DNA of 64,000 nt from Patescibacteria group bacterium (GTDB lineage Bacteria > Patescibacteriota > Patescibacteriia > Patescibacteriales > WJLG01). Where the stretch lies: positions 2,501 through 66,500 of the forward strand of contig JAQTUZ010000003.1 of the NCBI GenBank assembly GCA_028707065.1. The letters run 5' to 3'. Below are positions 54,481 to 63,958 of this stretch, piece by piece. The notes beneath the pieces were generated by a model. The model saw nothing but the letters and a program-made list of their open reading frames with translations. It did no database searches and was not told where the DNA came from. Within the stretch, counting starts at the first letter, position 1; the number at the start of each line of letters is the position of its first letter. A program made the position numbers and the translations under genes.

Positions 54481-55416
54481 TTATGTGTTATGTGTTACGT
54501 GCTTTATGCTATGTGCAGAAAATTCGCAGCCGCAATATTTCTGCCGATAAAATCTAAATTTTCGGGAAAGCAATAATGAGCGCTGCCAGCCGTTATTTTC
54601 CTTAAAATCCTGATCCAGAAATTTTTGGCCGGTTATTTCGGCAATGGCTAAGCCGGCTTTATTGACGAGGTAAGAATTTTTATGCGGGCTGACCGTCAAG
54701 GTCGTAGCGTAATAAGGAATATTTTGCCGGCTGGCAAGTTGCGCCGCCTCCCGCAAGCGATGGGCAAAACACAATTCGCATCTCGATCCGCCTTCGGGTT
54801 GATCTTCACGGCCTTTGATCGCCGCCAGCCAATCTTGATGATCGTAATTTCCGATCCGTAATTTTATCCCGAAATTCCTGGCCAATTTTTTAACTTCGGC
54901 CAGGCGTTTTCGATATTCTCTTTCCGGGTGGATGTTGGGATTAAAAAAATATAATTCCAATTTAAAGCCTGACGACAAGATTTCCGCCACCGCCGAGGCG
55001 CAAGGCGCGCAACAGACGTGCAAAAGAAGTTTTTGCCGCGGCGAATGATGGATCATATAGGCGATGGGAATGGCGAGCGAAGCTCCGACCACGCCGGCCA
55101 AAAAATCCAGATAAGAAGGGATTCTGCCGGGTATATAAGCTTGCACGAATTCACCAAGAACATTGATCAAGGCAACGAAAACAAAAGAAAAAAAGGCGAC
55201 CTGGCGGAAAGTAAATTTATCCCAGGCAATGACCGCCGCCATAACCAAATAAGCCATCACCCCGAAAAAGACCAAGTGAGCCGCTTTGTCATAAAAAGTG
55301 ACGCGGGAAAAATCGGTCGGCAGATAGATCAGCGGATACCAAAGCAATGACAAAACAGCGGCCAGCCAACAAAGCAAAACAAAAATCAATAAATATTTTT
55401 TCATCGATAAAGTCAA
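54481..55416 (-). CDS. queH: Fusion of a VanZ-like membrane domain with epoxyqueuosine reductase QueH (DUF208)
   Basis: The N-terminal ~130 aa have four TM helices with FYDKAAHLVFFG (VanZ-like). The C-terminal part has LLLHVCCAPCA...YFFNPNIHP...CELCF...YCGCEFS (QueH Cys motifs). Confidence 0.8.
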   Translation of the reverse strand: MTLSMKKYLLIFVLLCWLAAVLSLLWYPLIYLPTDFSRVTFYDKAAHLVFFGVMAYLVMAAVIAWDKFTFRQVAFFSFVFVALINVLGEFVQAYIPGRIPSYLDFLAGVVGASLAIPIAYMIHHSPRQKLLLHVCCAPCASAVAEILSSGFKLELYFFNPNIHPEREYRKRLAEVKKLARNFGIKLRIGNYDHQDWLAAIKGREDQPEGGSRCELCFAHRLREAAQLASRQNIPYYATTLTVSPHKNSYLVNKAGLAIAEITGQKFLDQDFKENNGWQRSLLLSRKFRFYRQKYCGCEFSAHSIKHVTHNT

Positions 55417-56450
55417 TTATTTTTTTTAAATTTCGACTTTTCCACCCAAGCAAAGCCCATGATCAGACAAACCATGATCGCGAACAGGACTCCGACCGCC
55501 AATAATTTACCCAGGCTTTGCAAAAAAAGCGCGCCCAAACCGAATAACAGGGAAAAACAATAAAAGATCAAAACCGTTTGGCGCTGTCCGATTCCCAAAT
55601 CAAGCAGCCGATAATGCAGATGCGCCCGATCAGCCGTCTTGAAAGGATTTTTGCCGGTAGCGAGGCGGCGGATGATCGTCCAGACAAAATCCAAAAGCGG
55701 CAAACCTAAAACCAAAAGGGCGATAGCGATTTTTCCTCCGGAAATAATGGCTAATACTCCCAAAATATAGCCAATGAGCAGAGAGCCTCCTTCGCCTAAA
55801 AAAATCCTGGCCGGATACCAGTTAAAAACCAGAAAACCAAGACAGGCGGCGGCAAAGACAAGCGCCGCAAAAGCGATATCCGGCTGAAAATATTTAGTCG
55901 TGATGGTAAAAAGAAAAATGATCAAACCGCCGATGCCGCCAAGTCCGGTCACTAAACCATCCACGCCGTCCAAAAGTTTGGTGGCGTACATCATCGCCAA
56001 TAACCAAATAACCGTGAACAAGACGGAAGCGATCCCGCTGAAATATAAAAAACCGCCCAGCGGATTAGTGATTTTACCGATACCGATCTGGCCGAGAAGA
56101 ACGCAGGCGATCGCCAAGATCGGCCAAATAATTTGCTTGCTCGGTTTTAAATTATATTTATCATCAAGAAATCCGCCGATCATCAAGCAACAAGCGCCGC
56201 CAAAAAACCACCACCAATGCCGATAGGTCAGGATGCCCAAGACCAGCCGATCGTGAAATAAAAATAAGATTAAAAAAAATGCCGCAAAGACCGCCAGACC
56301 GCCAAGCAATGGGATTGGTTTCTCGTGAAATTTTCTTTGCCCATCAGGCCGGTCGATGACTCTTAATTTAATGGCTAACCTAACGGCTATAATGGTAAAA
56401 ATCAAAGAAAAAACAAAGGCGAATACGGCGGGAATAAGGTAAGGCACCAT
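55413..56450 (-). CDS. Polyprenyl-phosphate N-acetylhexosamine-1-phosphate transferase (MraY/WecA family)
   Basis: GFLDDKYNLKP, NLLDGVDGL-type block (TKLLDGVDGLVTG) and about 10 TM helices. Confidence 0.85.
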   Translation of the reverse strand: MVPYLIPAVFAFVFSLIFTIIAVRLAIKLRVIDRPDGQRKFHEKPIPLLGGLAVFAAFFLILFLFHDRLVLGILTYRHWWWFFGGACCLMIGGFLDDKYNLKPSKQIIWPILAIACVLLGQIGIGKITNPLGGFLYFSGIASVLFTVIWLLAMMYATKLLDGVDGLVTGLGGIGGLIIFLFTITTKYFQPDIAFAALVFAAACLGFLVFNWYPARIFLGEGGSLLIGYILGVLAIISGGKIAIALLVLGLPLLDFVWTIIRRLATGKNPFKTADRAHLHYRLLDLGIGQRQTVLIFYCFSLLFGLGALFLQSLGKLLAVGVLFAIMVCLIMGFAWVEKSKFKKNN

Positions 56451-56477
56451 TGACTTTGGTTAAAATATATTTATAAT
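56450..56477 (+). promoter_or_regulatory. Promoter TTGACT-16-TATAAT
   Basis: TTGACT at 56450-56455, a 16-nt spacer, then TATAAT at 56472-56477. Confidence 0.55.
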
Positions 56478-56530
56478 TTAAATACAGGGGGTTCTTTCGC
56501 AAACCGTTTACCGTCAGAAGGAGGTGAATT

Positions 56531-56761
56531 ATGAACAGTCAAAAGATCAAATCGATCAGGTCAGGCAGACGGTATCGAAGCGCTCTGATTTTTTCTTCAG
56601 GTCCGCCGGAGCGGAAAAATCATCGGCCGGCTTTGGATGTTTATGCTAAAGTTGCCGAGGAAATCGCCGCTCAAGAAGGCAACAAAAATGTGTTGTCCGA
56701 ACAAGCCCAAAGATTTTTGCGAATTTTGCAAAAAAATCTTTTGGGCGGCTTGCGCACTTAA
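56531..56761 (+). CDS. Small basic hypothetical protein (76 aa)
   Basis: GAAGGAGGTG lies 5 nt upstream of the ATG. The gene has its own promoter and terminator. Confidence 0.6.
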   Translation: MNSQKIKSIRSGRRYRSALIFSSGPPERKNHRPALDVYAKVAEEIAAQEGNKNVLSEQAQRFLRILQKNLLGGLRT

Positions 56762-56793
56762 CCTGGAGGAACAATGACCAGAGCAACAATCTT

Positions 56794-56848
56794 AGGACGC
56801 GACTCTTTTTTAATAATTTTAAAAAAGATGCGCGTCCTTTGTCTTTTT
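56794..56848. terminator. Bidirectional terminator
   Basis: aggacgcg (56794-56801) pairs with cgcgtcct (56831-56838), followed by ttgtcttttt. Confidence 0.6.
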
Positions 56849-56860
56849 ATGACAGAAACA

Positions 56861-59608
56861 TCATAACACTCTGCCCTTGATGATCTCAATATCGGCGTTG
56901 TCGTTGATCACCACCGTATCTCTTCTTTGCAATTCATTGCCCAGGATCTTTTTGGCAATATTGTCTTCGATCTTATCTTGGATCAAGCGGCGCAAGGGAC
57001 GGGCGCCGAATTTAGGATCAAAGCCCAGATGAGCCAGCGTCAATAATCCGCCATCGCTTATTTCCAATCCCATTCCCTTGCTTTTCAGCATTTCGGCCAC
57101 ATCCGAGAGCATTAAACGGGCGATAGCGACGATATCATCTTCGGAGAGCGGCTTAAAGACGATAATGCCGTCGAAACGATTGATCAATTCCGGCCGCATC
57201 ACTTGGCTTAACTGCTCGTTGATCAAAGAATTTTTGATATTCTCAAGCGGCGCGCCTTTATTCATTTCATCTTGGATGAATTGCGAACCGGCATTGGAAG
57301 TGGCGATGATAATGCTGCTGGTGAAATCGATGGTTTGGCCTTGGCCATCGGTCAGGCGCCCGTCGTCCATCACCTGCAAGAACAGATTGAAAATTTTGGG
57401 ATTGGCTTTCTCGAATTCATCCAGCAAAATAAGCGAAAACGGTTTTTGCCTGACCGCTTCGGTCAGATAACCCTTAGTACCGTCGGTATCGCCGATCATT
57501 TTCTTGATGCTCGCCTCTTCCTGATATTCGCTCATATCCAATCTGACCAGCAGATCTTTTTTATGAAAATAAACCCGGGCGATAGTTTTCGCCAATTCGG
57601 TTTTTCCCACGCCGGTCGGCCCCATAAAAAGAAAACTGGCGATCGGCCGCTTGCCTTCGCGCATTTCCGTGCGGGCGCGGCGCAAGCTATTAGCCACCAT
57701 ATCGACTGCTTCCTTCTGGTCGATCATATATTTATGGATCTCTTCTTCCAAATTCAATAATTTCGCGCTTTCCTCGCCGCCCAGATCCTGCACGGGAATT
57801 TCCGTGAGCTGATTAATGGTCAGGGCAATATCGTTCTTGTCGCAAATATATTTTTTTCCCTTATGTTCGCCGGCGACTCTGACGGCGGTTTTTTCCAAAA
57901 TTTGAATCGCCTTTTCCGGCAAAGATATTTCATGGATATATTTTCCGGCCAGCTCGACAGCCGCTTCGATCGCGTTGTAGGAAAAGAAAATATTATTGCG
58001 CGCTTCCAAATAGCCGATCTTGCTCTCCAGAATCTGGATCGCCTGATCGTTATCCGGCTCGGCAATTTTCAAGCGGGTCATCACCCGGCCGATCGCCGCT
58101 CTTTCCACGAACTGGACATAATTTTGGTCGTCAGCCGTGGCCAAACAGCGGATAAAGCCTTTTTCCAATTGCGTCGCCAGCACTTCGGAAAGTTCCAAAC
58201 TGCCTTCGGCTCCGGCGGTGATGCCGATCAAATTTTCCAAATTATCGATAAAAAGAATAATGTTGCCGGCGCGATTTATTTCGTCGATGATCGCCAACAA
58301 GCGGGCTTCGGCATCCGCGGCCGTGGCTCCCGAAACCAACCGGGCGATATCCAGTTCGATCAACCGCTTATCGCGCATAAACTCCGGTACTTTTTCTTCA
58401 GTAACCATTTCCCGGGCAATGCCCTCGATGATCGTCTTTTTTCCCACCCCTTTCGGGCCAGTCAGTAAAACGCCATTTGATCCGGTTTTGAAAGCATCAA
58501 AAACCGCGGCGATTTCTTTGGCTCTGGCCACGCAAAGCTGCAATCTTCCCCATTTGGCGGCTAAAGTAAGGTCGTAGCCGTAATTATTCAAGATTGGAGT
58601 TGCTACGGCGGTATACGCCCGATCCATCACTGTTTTAGGCTTGAAAACCGCCAATTTCCGGTATAATTTATAATTAGCCACTTGCTGTTCGTTGATGCGA
58701 AACCAGGCAATGGCATTTTTAATTTTATTGGTATCGATTTTTAAATCCAAGAGAATTTCCTCGAGAGTCGGACTACTGGCAACACAAGGTAAGAGCAAAT
58801 TCAGCACCGTGGTGTTGTCTTCCTTGAATTCATAAGCCTCGACAAAACCTTGCATGAGAATTTCCTTAACTTCGTTAGAGATCACCAGATCCGCTTCCTT
58901 TTTAAGCGTTTGAGGCAGCGTTTTGAGCTGGCTGCTCAATCTTTTCACTAAATCATGCCCGCTGACATTAAGACGGCTCATCAGGATAGATATTTTTACG
59001 GAACCCAGCATGGCATAAAATAAATGCAACGAAGTAAGTTCCGGATTTTTTAATCTCAGGGCTACTTGATAAGCATCCTCGATGATCGCCAATGTTTTAT
59101 CGCGAAAGGTCAGGGAAACGTCCAGCCGTTTTTTATAATGGCGCAATTCATTCCAATTGTTGGGATAAATTTTTAACTCAACTAATTTAAATTCTTTGAT
59201 CCGGGCTTCGTCATCGCGTGCTTTATCGGCCCGATAGATCAGAAACATCAGCCCCAGGAACCCGATCCAAAAAAATAAAATAAAAATATTTTTTTCCCGC
59301 CAGAAATATAATATTTTATTGACCAGATCAGCCTGCTGATTCTGCCAAACCCAAAAAACGAGCGAACCTAAGCCGCCGATAAACAAGAGCAGGGCCATTA
59401 GATCCAGCAATAAATCCAGAAAACGCCGGACTTGGCGCAAAAAAATCATCGCGCGGTTGATCCGCAACCCCCAATATAAAAAATTGCCCTGATAAAAAAG
59501 GCCTTCGCCTAAGCCGGCGCAATTAGGGCAAGAAAAATTCTTGTCATTAACGCCCGATCCTTGGCAAGTGGGGCAAGTAATAAAAGATATGTTATTATTT
59601 TCCGCCAT
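56861..59608 (-). CDS. Clp/Hsp100-type double AAA+ ATPase with N-terminal DnaJ-type zinc finger and TM segments
   Basis: CPTCQGSG and CPNCAGLG (CxxCxGxG twice), two to three TM helices, Clp-N-like repeats, a D1 P-loop GPKGVGKKT with Walker B LFIDNL, and D2 GPTGVGKTELAK with LLDEFEKA. Confidence 0.85.
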   Translation of the reverse strand: MAENNNISFITCPTCQGSGVNDKNFSCPNCAGLGEGLFYQGNFLYWGLRINRAMIFLRQVRRFLDLLLDLMALLLFIGGLGSLVFWVWQNQQADLVNKILYFWREKNIFILFFWIGFLGLMFLIYRADKARDDEARIKEFKLVELKIYPNNWNELRHYKKRLDVSLTFRDKTLAIIEDAYQVALRLKNPELTSLHLFYAMLGSVKISILMSRLNVSGHDLVKRLSSQLKTLPQTLKKEADLVISNEVKEILMQGFVEAYEFKEDNTTVLNLLLPCVASSPTLEEILLDLKIDTNKIKNAIAWFRINEQQVANYKLYRKLAVFKPKTVMDRAYTAVATPILNNYGYDLTLAAKWGRLQLCVARAKEIAAVFDAFKTGSNGVLLTGPKGVGKKTIIEGIAREMVTEEKVPEFMRDKRLIELDIARLVSGATAADAEARLLAIIDEINRAGNIILFIDNLENLIGITAGAEGSLELSEVLATQLEKGFIRCLATADDQNYVQFVERAAIGRVMTRLKIAEPDNDQAIQILESKIGYLEARNNIFFSYNAIEAAVELAGKYIHEISLPEKAIQILEKTAVRVAGEHKGKKYICDKNDIALTINQLTEIPVQDLGGEESAKLLNLEEEIHKYMIDQKEAVDMVANSLRRARTEMREGKRPIASFLFMGPTGVGKTELAKTIARVYFHKKDLLVRLDMSEYQEEASIKKMIGDTDGTKGYLTEAVRQKPFSLILLDEFEKANPKIFNLFLQVMDDGRLTDGQGQTIDFTSSIIIATSNAGSQFIQDEMNKGAPLENIKNSLINEQLSQVMRPELINRFDGIIVFKPLSEDDIVAIARLMLSDVAEMLKSKGMGLEISDGGLLTLAHLGFDPKFGARPLRRLIQDKIEDNIAKKILGNELQRRDTVVINDNADIEIIKGRVL

Positions 59609-59633
59609 ATATTAAAAATATTCGGTTTGCCGA

Positions 59634-60539
59634 TCAATTTACTAAATTAATCGGTTTCTTTTTGATCCAAGCTTCCACGTTGTCGATCATGATATCATTA
59701 GCCGTCCGGCAGGTCATATCGGTATGGAAAGCGATGTGCGGAGTTACGATAATCTTTGGCGATTGCCGGAGTTTTGAATAAATATCATTTTTCGTGTTAA
59801 AGATTCCTACTCCTGCCGGGTCAATAGCCGCGCCTTTCAGCCGGCCAGAGTCAATTGCTCCAATCAAAGCGTCAACATTATAGATATCGGTGTCGGTAAT
59901 ACTGACAAAGAAAGCACCTTCTTTCAGAGATTCAAAAAACTTTTTATCCAGCAAATTCTTTGTCTCCGGATTATTCGCCAAACAATTAACCACGAAATCA
60001 GCTTGCTTGATCAAATTGATAAGATCGCCGCCCCTCTTGAAATACGAAACTTCCATGTCAAATACTTCGCAGATTTTTCCGACTCTGATGCCGACATTAC
60101 CCTTGCCCAAGATAACAACTTTTTTTCCGGCCAAGCCAGGCATGTGTTCCAATACATCTTTTTCGCCAACTTCCTCAATATTGATATATTTCAAAAGTTT
60201 GCGCGAAAGAATAATCATCATTCCGACAATCCACTCGGCAACCGCCGATTTATTGCAGCCTGGCGCGTTTGCCACTTTAACATTATTATGTGCCAATTTT
60301 TTCAAATCAAGCCAACCGACGCCGACAAAAGGCAGTGAAATAAATTTATTCTTCAAATCATAGATAATGTCCGCAATCGGCACGCTCTCGGCGCAAATAA
60401 TATCGGCTTCAGATAATTTTCTTAAGCGTTCTTCCTTTGATCTTCCTTCTCCTTGCAAAAAATCAATTTCTCCGAGAGACTTTAACCTGCCTATCTGATC
60501 TTCGGCTAATTTCAAATTATCAGTAATGACAATCTTCAT
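59634..60539 (-). CDS. D-isomer-specific 2-hydroxyacid dehydrogenase family protein
   Basis: NAD-binding VVILGKGNVGIRVG and catalytic-His region VTPHIAFHT. The ATG at 60539 (MKIVITDN) avoids overlap with the upstream gene. Confidence 0.8.
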   Translation of the reverse strand: MKIVITDNLKLAEDQIGRLKSLGEIDFLQGEGRSKEERLRKLSEADIICAESVPIADIIYDLKNKFISLPFVGVGWLDLKKLAHNNVKVANAPGCNKSAVAEWIVGMMIILSRKLLKYINIEEVGEKDVLEHMPGLAGKKVVILGKGNVGIRVGKICEVFDMEVSYFKRGGDLINLIKQADFVVNCLANNPETKNLLDKKFFESLKEGAFFVSITDTDIYNVDALIGAIDSGRLKGAAIDPAGVGIFNTKNDIYSKLRQSPKIIVTPHIAFHTDMTCRTANDIMIDNVEAWIKKKPINLVN

Positions 60540-60556
60540 ATCAAATAAAATTATTC

Positions 60557-60931
60557 CTATTTCGCCGTAATCTGCCACACGATCATATAAATTATCAAAA
60601 TCGGCGCCAAGAACCAGATCCAAAAAACGATCAGGGCGATGATGATCCAGAAAATCAAAATTACGCTGCGGAAAATAATTTGGGCCAGCCGGATAAAAAA
60701 ACTGATGATCGCGCCCTGGATATCGCGCTGGCCATACATCGGCACGAAGATGTTTTTTATCCAGACTAGCAATGCCAGCGATTTTTCTTTATCAGCGACG
60801 AAATTCGCCAAATTTTTGATAATCTTAAAAAGACCAAGGGAATACCACCAGAACGGAAAGAAAAAAATATCCATCAGAATACTAAAAAAAATGCCGCCTA
60901 AAGTTAAATTTGAGCTTTTTGAAGAAATCAT
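60557..60931 (-). CDS. Small membrane protein (124 aa)
   Basis: ORF with three to four hydrophobic helices. Confidence 0.55.
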   Translation of the reverse strand: MISSKSSNLTLGGIFFSILMDIFFFPFWWYSLGLFKIIKNLANFVADKEKSLALLVWIKNIFVPMYGQRDIQGAIISFFIRLAQIIFRSVILIFWIIIALIVFWIWFLAPILIIYMIVWQITAK

Positions 60932-60939
60932 TTTTGTAT

Positions 60940-61010
60940 CATGTATAATGTATTATGTATAATGTGCCAGATACAAGATCCTTAATACATTATACATAAT
61001 ACTTAATACT
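60940..61010. repeat. tacataat word hairpin
   Basis: gtattatgtataatgt pairs with acattatacataatac (16 bp). Confidence 0.7.
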
Positions 61011-61080
61011 ATTATACCATTTTTACCCAAATAAAAAAGCCCCCGATAATTGTCATGGGAGCTTATCCGCAAAAGAAATC

Positions 61081-61431
61081 TTAGTCGTTTAAAGACAGGT
61101 TTGAAAACGGGCTGAACCGGATAAACTCAGCTATCCGTTGGTTGAAATCACTGCCCGGGATTAAATGGTCAACGATCTCTTTCCCGGCTAACGGCAGAAA
61201 GAACCGATATCTGGCCCGCGGGAGATAGATGTAACAAAAAAAAGTGCCTATCTCGAGTATTGGCCGACGGTTTTCCAGGGCGTCGCTATCACCGGTATAG
61301 ATAAAAAATTCGCCAAGATACATAACCGGATACCAGCAATCGAGGTCATTCCTTAACCGCTCCAGAACGATCTCAAGAACGGCGTGCCTGTTTCTTAAAT
61401 ACCGGAAAAACCGGCAAATTGTTTTAATCAT
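61081..61431 (-). CDS. Hypothetical protein (116 aa)
   Basis: AAGGAGG lies 5 nt upstream of the ATG at 61431 on the minus strand. No family recognised. Confidence 0.55.
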   Translation of the reverse strand: MIKTICRFFRYLRNRHAVLEIVLERLRNDLDCWYPVMYLGEFFIYTGDSDALENRRPILEIGTFFCYIYLPRARYRFFLPLAGKEIVDHLIPGSDFNQRIAEFIRFSPFSNLSLND

Positions 61432-61459
61432 CACAACCTCCTTATCTTAGGCTAAATGG

Positions 61460-61939
61460 CTAAATCAAGAAAATAAGTTCATAATAAATTGTTTGTAAAT
61501 GAGCAACGCTGCCTCGCTTATATTCTTTGAAACCATATTTCTCATAAAGCCGCCTGGCAGCCGCTTGATTAGTGTTAGTGTCAAGAATGATTTTTTCATA
61601 GCCCAATTCGCGAGCCCGATCAATCAAACGATCCAGGATTGTGGAACCGATTCCTTGCCTTTGATATTTTAGGTCAACTCGCATCCGTTTGATTTCCGCC
61701 GTCTGCTCATTAATTTTTCTTAAAGCGCCCATGCCAATTATTTCATCATTGAGCATTGCCATTAAAAATTCGCCCCGGTTATTCAAATAAATTTCTTTGA
61801 TGTTGGAAAAATCCTGATTATACTTCGGGTCATCAAGAAAACTTTCGGTTTGTTTCAAGCCCTCGACATGCAAACGTAAAACAGTATCTTGATCCGAAGT
61901 CCGATATCGTCTTAGTTTTATTTTGCTCATGTTTTTCAA
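61460..61939 (-). CDS. GNAT-family N-acetyltransferase
   Basis: RMRVDLKYQRQGIGSTILDRLIDRARELGYEKIILDT is GNAT motif A (Q/R-x-x-G-x-G/A). Confidence 0.88.
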   Translation of the reverse strand: MKNMSKIKLRRYRTSDQDTVLRLHVEGLKQTESFLDDPKYNQDFSNIKEIYLNNRGEFLMAMLNDEIIGMGALRKINEQTAEIKRMRVDLKYQRQGIGSTILDRLIDRARELGYEKIILDTNTNQAAARRLYEKYGFKEYKRGSVAHLQTIYYELIFLI

Positions 61940-61951
61940 TCGCTCCCTTCC

Positions 61952-63466
61952 TTAAAGTTTTGCGATCGCCTTCTTTATTTTATCGATGGTTTCGGACTTG
62001 CCTAAAACATCGGCCATCTCAAACGGCGAAGGGCTGGCTTTTTCGCCGGTTAGCGCCACGCGCATCGGCCAGAGATAATCCCCCACCCCTTTATTATTAT
62101 CTTTGATATATTTAACCACGATCTCCTCTATTTTTTCCGTTTCCCAATCGGCATCAACGATTGCCTCCAAAATTTTCAATAAATCTTCCAACGAAGCGCG
62201 CGCGCTTTCGGGCGTTGATTTTTTCCAAACCAGCATCGCTTTATCGTATGACAGATTGTCCACAAAAAAGAATTTGGTATGCTCCCCTATTTCGGACAAT
62301 TTTTTCAGCCGTTCGCGTTCCAAGGCGATGACCTTGCCGACGAATTGATCGGATTTTTTATGTTCATTAGAGGTTAATTTAAGATTCTCTTCCAGATACG
62401 GTTTGCACAAAGCGATCAATTCCGGCAATTCCTTCTTGCGGATATAGATTCCGTTCAGATAATCCAGCTTTTCCGCGCTGAAAACCGCCGGGCTAGTCCC
62501 GATATCCTGATATTTGAATTCCGCGATTGCCTCATCCATGGAAAAAATTTCCTTCTCGCCGGCAGGATGCCAGCCCAAAAGCGCGTTGTAATTCAGCAAA
62601 GCTTCCGGCAGATAACCCTTGGCGCGGAAATCTTCCACGGCAACATCATTATTGCGCTTGCTCAATTTTCCGCCGTTCTTATCCAAAACCAAAGGCAAGT
62701 GGATGAATTTCGGCGCTTCCCAGCCGAAAGATTTGTAAAGCAAAATATTTTTCGGCAAAGACGATATCCATTCATCGGCGCGGACGACATGGCTTGTTTC
62801 CATCAGATGATCATCGACAACCACGGCGAATTGATAAACCGGTATGCCGTTCGATTTTATCAAAACATAATCATCCAGATCAACCAGATTGAATTTTATA
62901 TCGCCGCGCAATTCGTCATGCACGGTAATTTCTCCGGCAACGGGCAATTTGTGGCGGATGACATATTTTTCTCCGGCCGCGATCCTTTTAGCAACTTCTT
63001 CTTTGCTCAAGTCCCGGCAAGCGCGATCATAGCGCGGCGGTTTTTTCATCGCTTCGGCATCGGCGCGCATCTTAATCAATCTTTCTTCGGTGCAAAAACA
63101 AGGATAAGCCTCGCCCTTGGCCAATAATTCTTGAGTGTATTTTTTATAGATATCCAAACGCCGTGATTGAATGTATGGGCCGTAATCTCCAACATCCTTA
63201 TTCTCATTCGGATGGGCGGCATTCGTAGTGCCGCGGATAGATCCTGGACCTTCATCGAATTTTATCCCGACCCAGTCCAAAATCTCAATCAATTTTTCAA
63301 CAGCGCCCTCCACCTCTCTTTTTGAATCAGTATCTTCGATGCGCAAAAATAAAATTCCGCCCAACGATTTGGCGATCAGATAATTATAAAGCACGGTGCG
63401 CAAACTGCCGATATGCAGAAAACCGGTCGGCGACGGGGCGAATCTTAATCTGATTTTGTCGGACAT
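61952..63466 (-). CDS. gltX: Glutamyl-tRNA synthetase
   Basis: IRLRFAPSPTGFLHIGSLRT (HIGH) and KLSKRN (KMSKS). Confidence 0.95.
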   Translation of the reverse strand: MSDKIRLRFAPSPTGFLHIGSLRTVLYNYLIAKSLGGILFLRIEDTDSKREVEGAVEKLIEILDWVGIKFDEGPGSIRGTTNAAHPNENKDVGDYGPYIQSRRLDIYKKYTQELLAKGEAYPCFCTEERLIKMRADAEAMKKPPRYDRACRDLSKEEVAKRIAAGEKYVIRHKLPVAGEITVHDELRGDIKFNLVDLDDYVLIKSNGIPVYQFAVVVDDHLMETSHVVRADEWISSLPKNILLYKSFGWEAPKFIHLPLVLDKNGGKLSKRNNDVAVEDFRAKGYLPEALLNYNALLGWHPAGEKEIFSMDEAIAEFKYQDIGTSPAVFSAEKLDYLNGIYIRKKELPELIALCKPYLEENLKLTSNEHKKSDQFVGKVIALERERLKKLSEIGEHTKFFFVDNLSYDKAMLVWKKSTPESARASLEDLLKILEAIVDADWETEKIEEIVVKYIKDNNKGVGDYLWPMRVALTGEKASPSPFEMADVLGKSETIDKIKKAIAKL

Positions 63467-63550
63467 AATATCGAAAAAGGTGATAAATTATGTTTTTATC
63501 TTACCATAATTTGCAGAAAAATAAAGGGCGAGGATTAGAAAAAATTTGTA

Positions 63551-63579
63551 TTGACAAAATATTATTTAAATGCTATGAT
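63551..63579 (+). promoter_or_regulatory. Promoter TTGACA-17-TATGAT
   Basis: TTGACA at 63551-63556, a 17-nt spacer ending tgc, then TATGAT at 63574-63579. Confidence 0.6.
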
Positions 63580-63644
63580 GTTTTTTTAATTTCATCGCAC
63601 CTTATCATTTCAAGTCCAATAAAACATTTTTTAGGGGAGGTTCC

Positions 63645-63911
63645 ATGTCTTCATTTTTCCTCATCTTAGGCCTGTTTCTCGTCGCTTTTGCTGTTTTGGG
63701 ATACTTTACCGAAGGCAAGGCGTATTTCGCCAGAATCAAAAATTTGCAAAAACGGCGCGCAAAAAGTTCCAACTCGGGCATACCGCCATCGGAAGTCCAG
63801 AATGAAGCGATTTGCGCTTCGATATTCGTGACGATGATATTAGTCGTTGCGATTGTCGGACTAGCGATGTCGATAATTTCCCTGGACTGCAAAGTTCATT
63901 TCATTTCCTAA
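63645..63911 (+). CDS. Small membrane protein (88 aa, two TM)
   Basis: AGGGGAGG is upstream of the ATG. Hydrophobic N- and C-terminal helices flank a basic loop. Confidence 0.6.
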   Translation: MSSFFLILGLFLVAFAVLGYFTEGKAYFARIKNLQKRRAKSSNSGIPPSEVQNEAICASIFVTMILVVAIVGLAMSIISLDCKVHFIS

Positions 63912-63925
63912 CCCGCAAGGGCAGC

Positions 63926-63958
63926 AAAAAAGCGCTATCAATGACGATGGCGCTTTTT
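63926..63958. terminator. Terminator hairpin
   Basis: aaaaagcgc/gcgcttttt stem with a 14-nt loop. Confidence 0.65.

Noticed and set aside
61081-61939. GNAT plus adjacent small protein as a GNAT/RHH-type toxin-antitoxin pair
   Set aside because: The small gene lies downstream rather than upstream, is separated by 25 nt with its own SD, and shows no RHH/DUF1778-like features. The GNAT looks generic.
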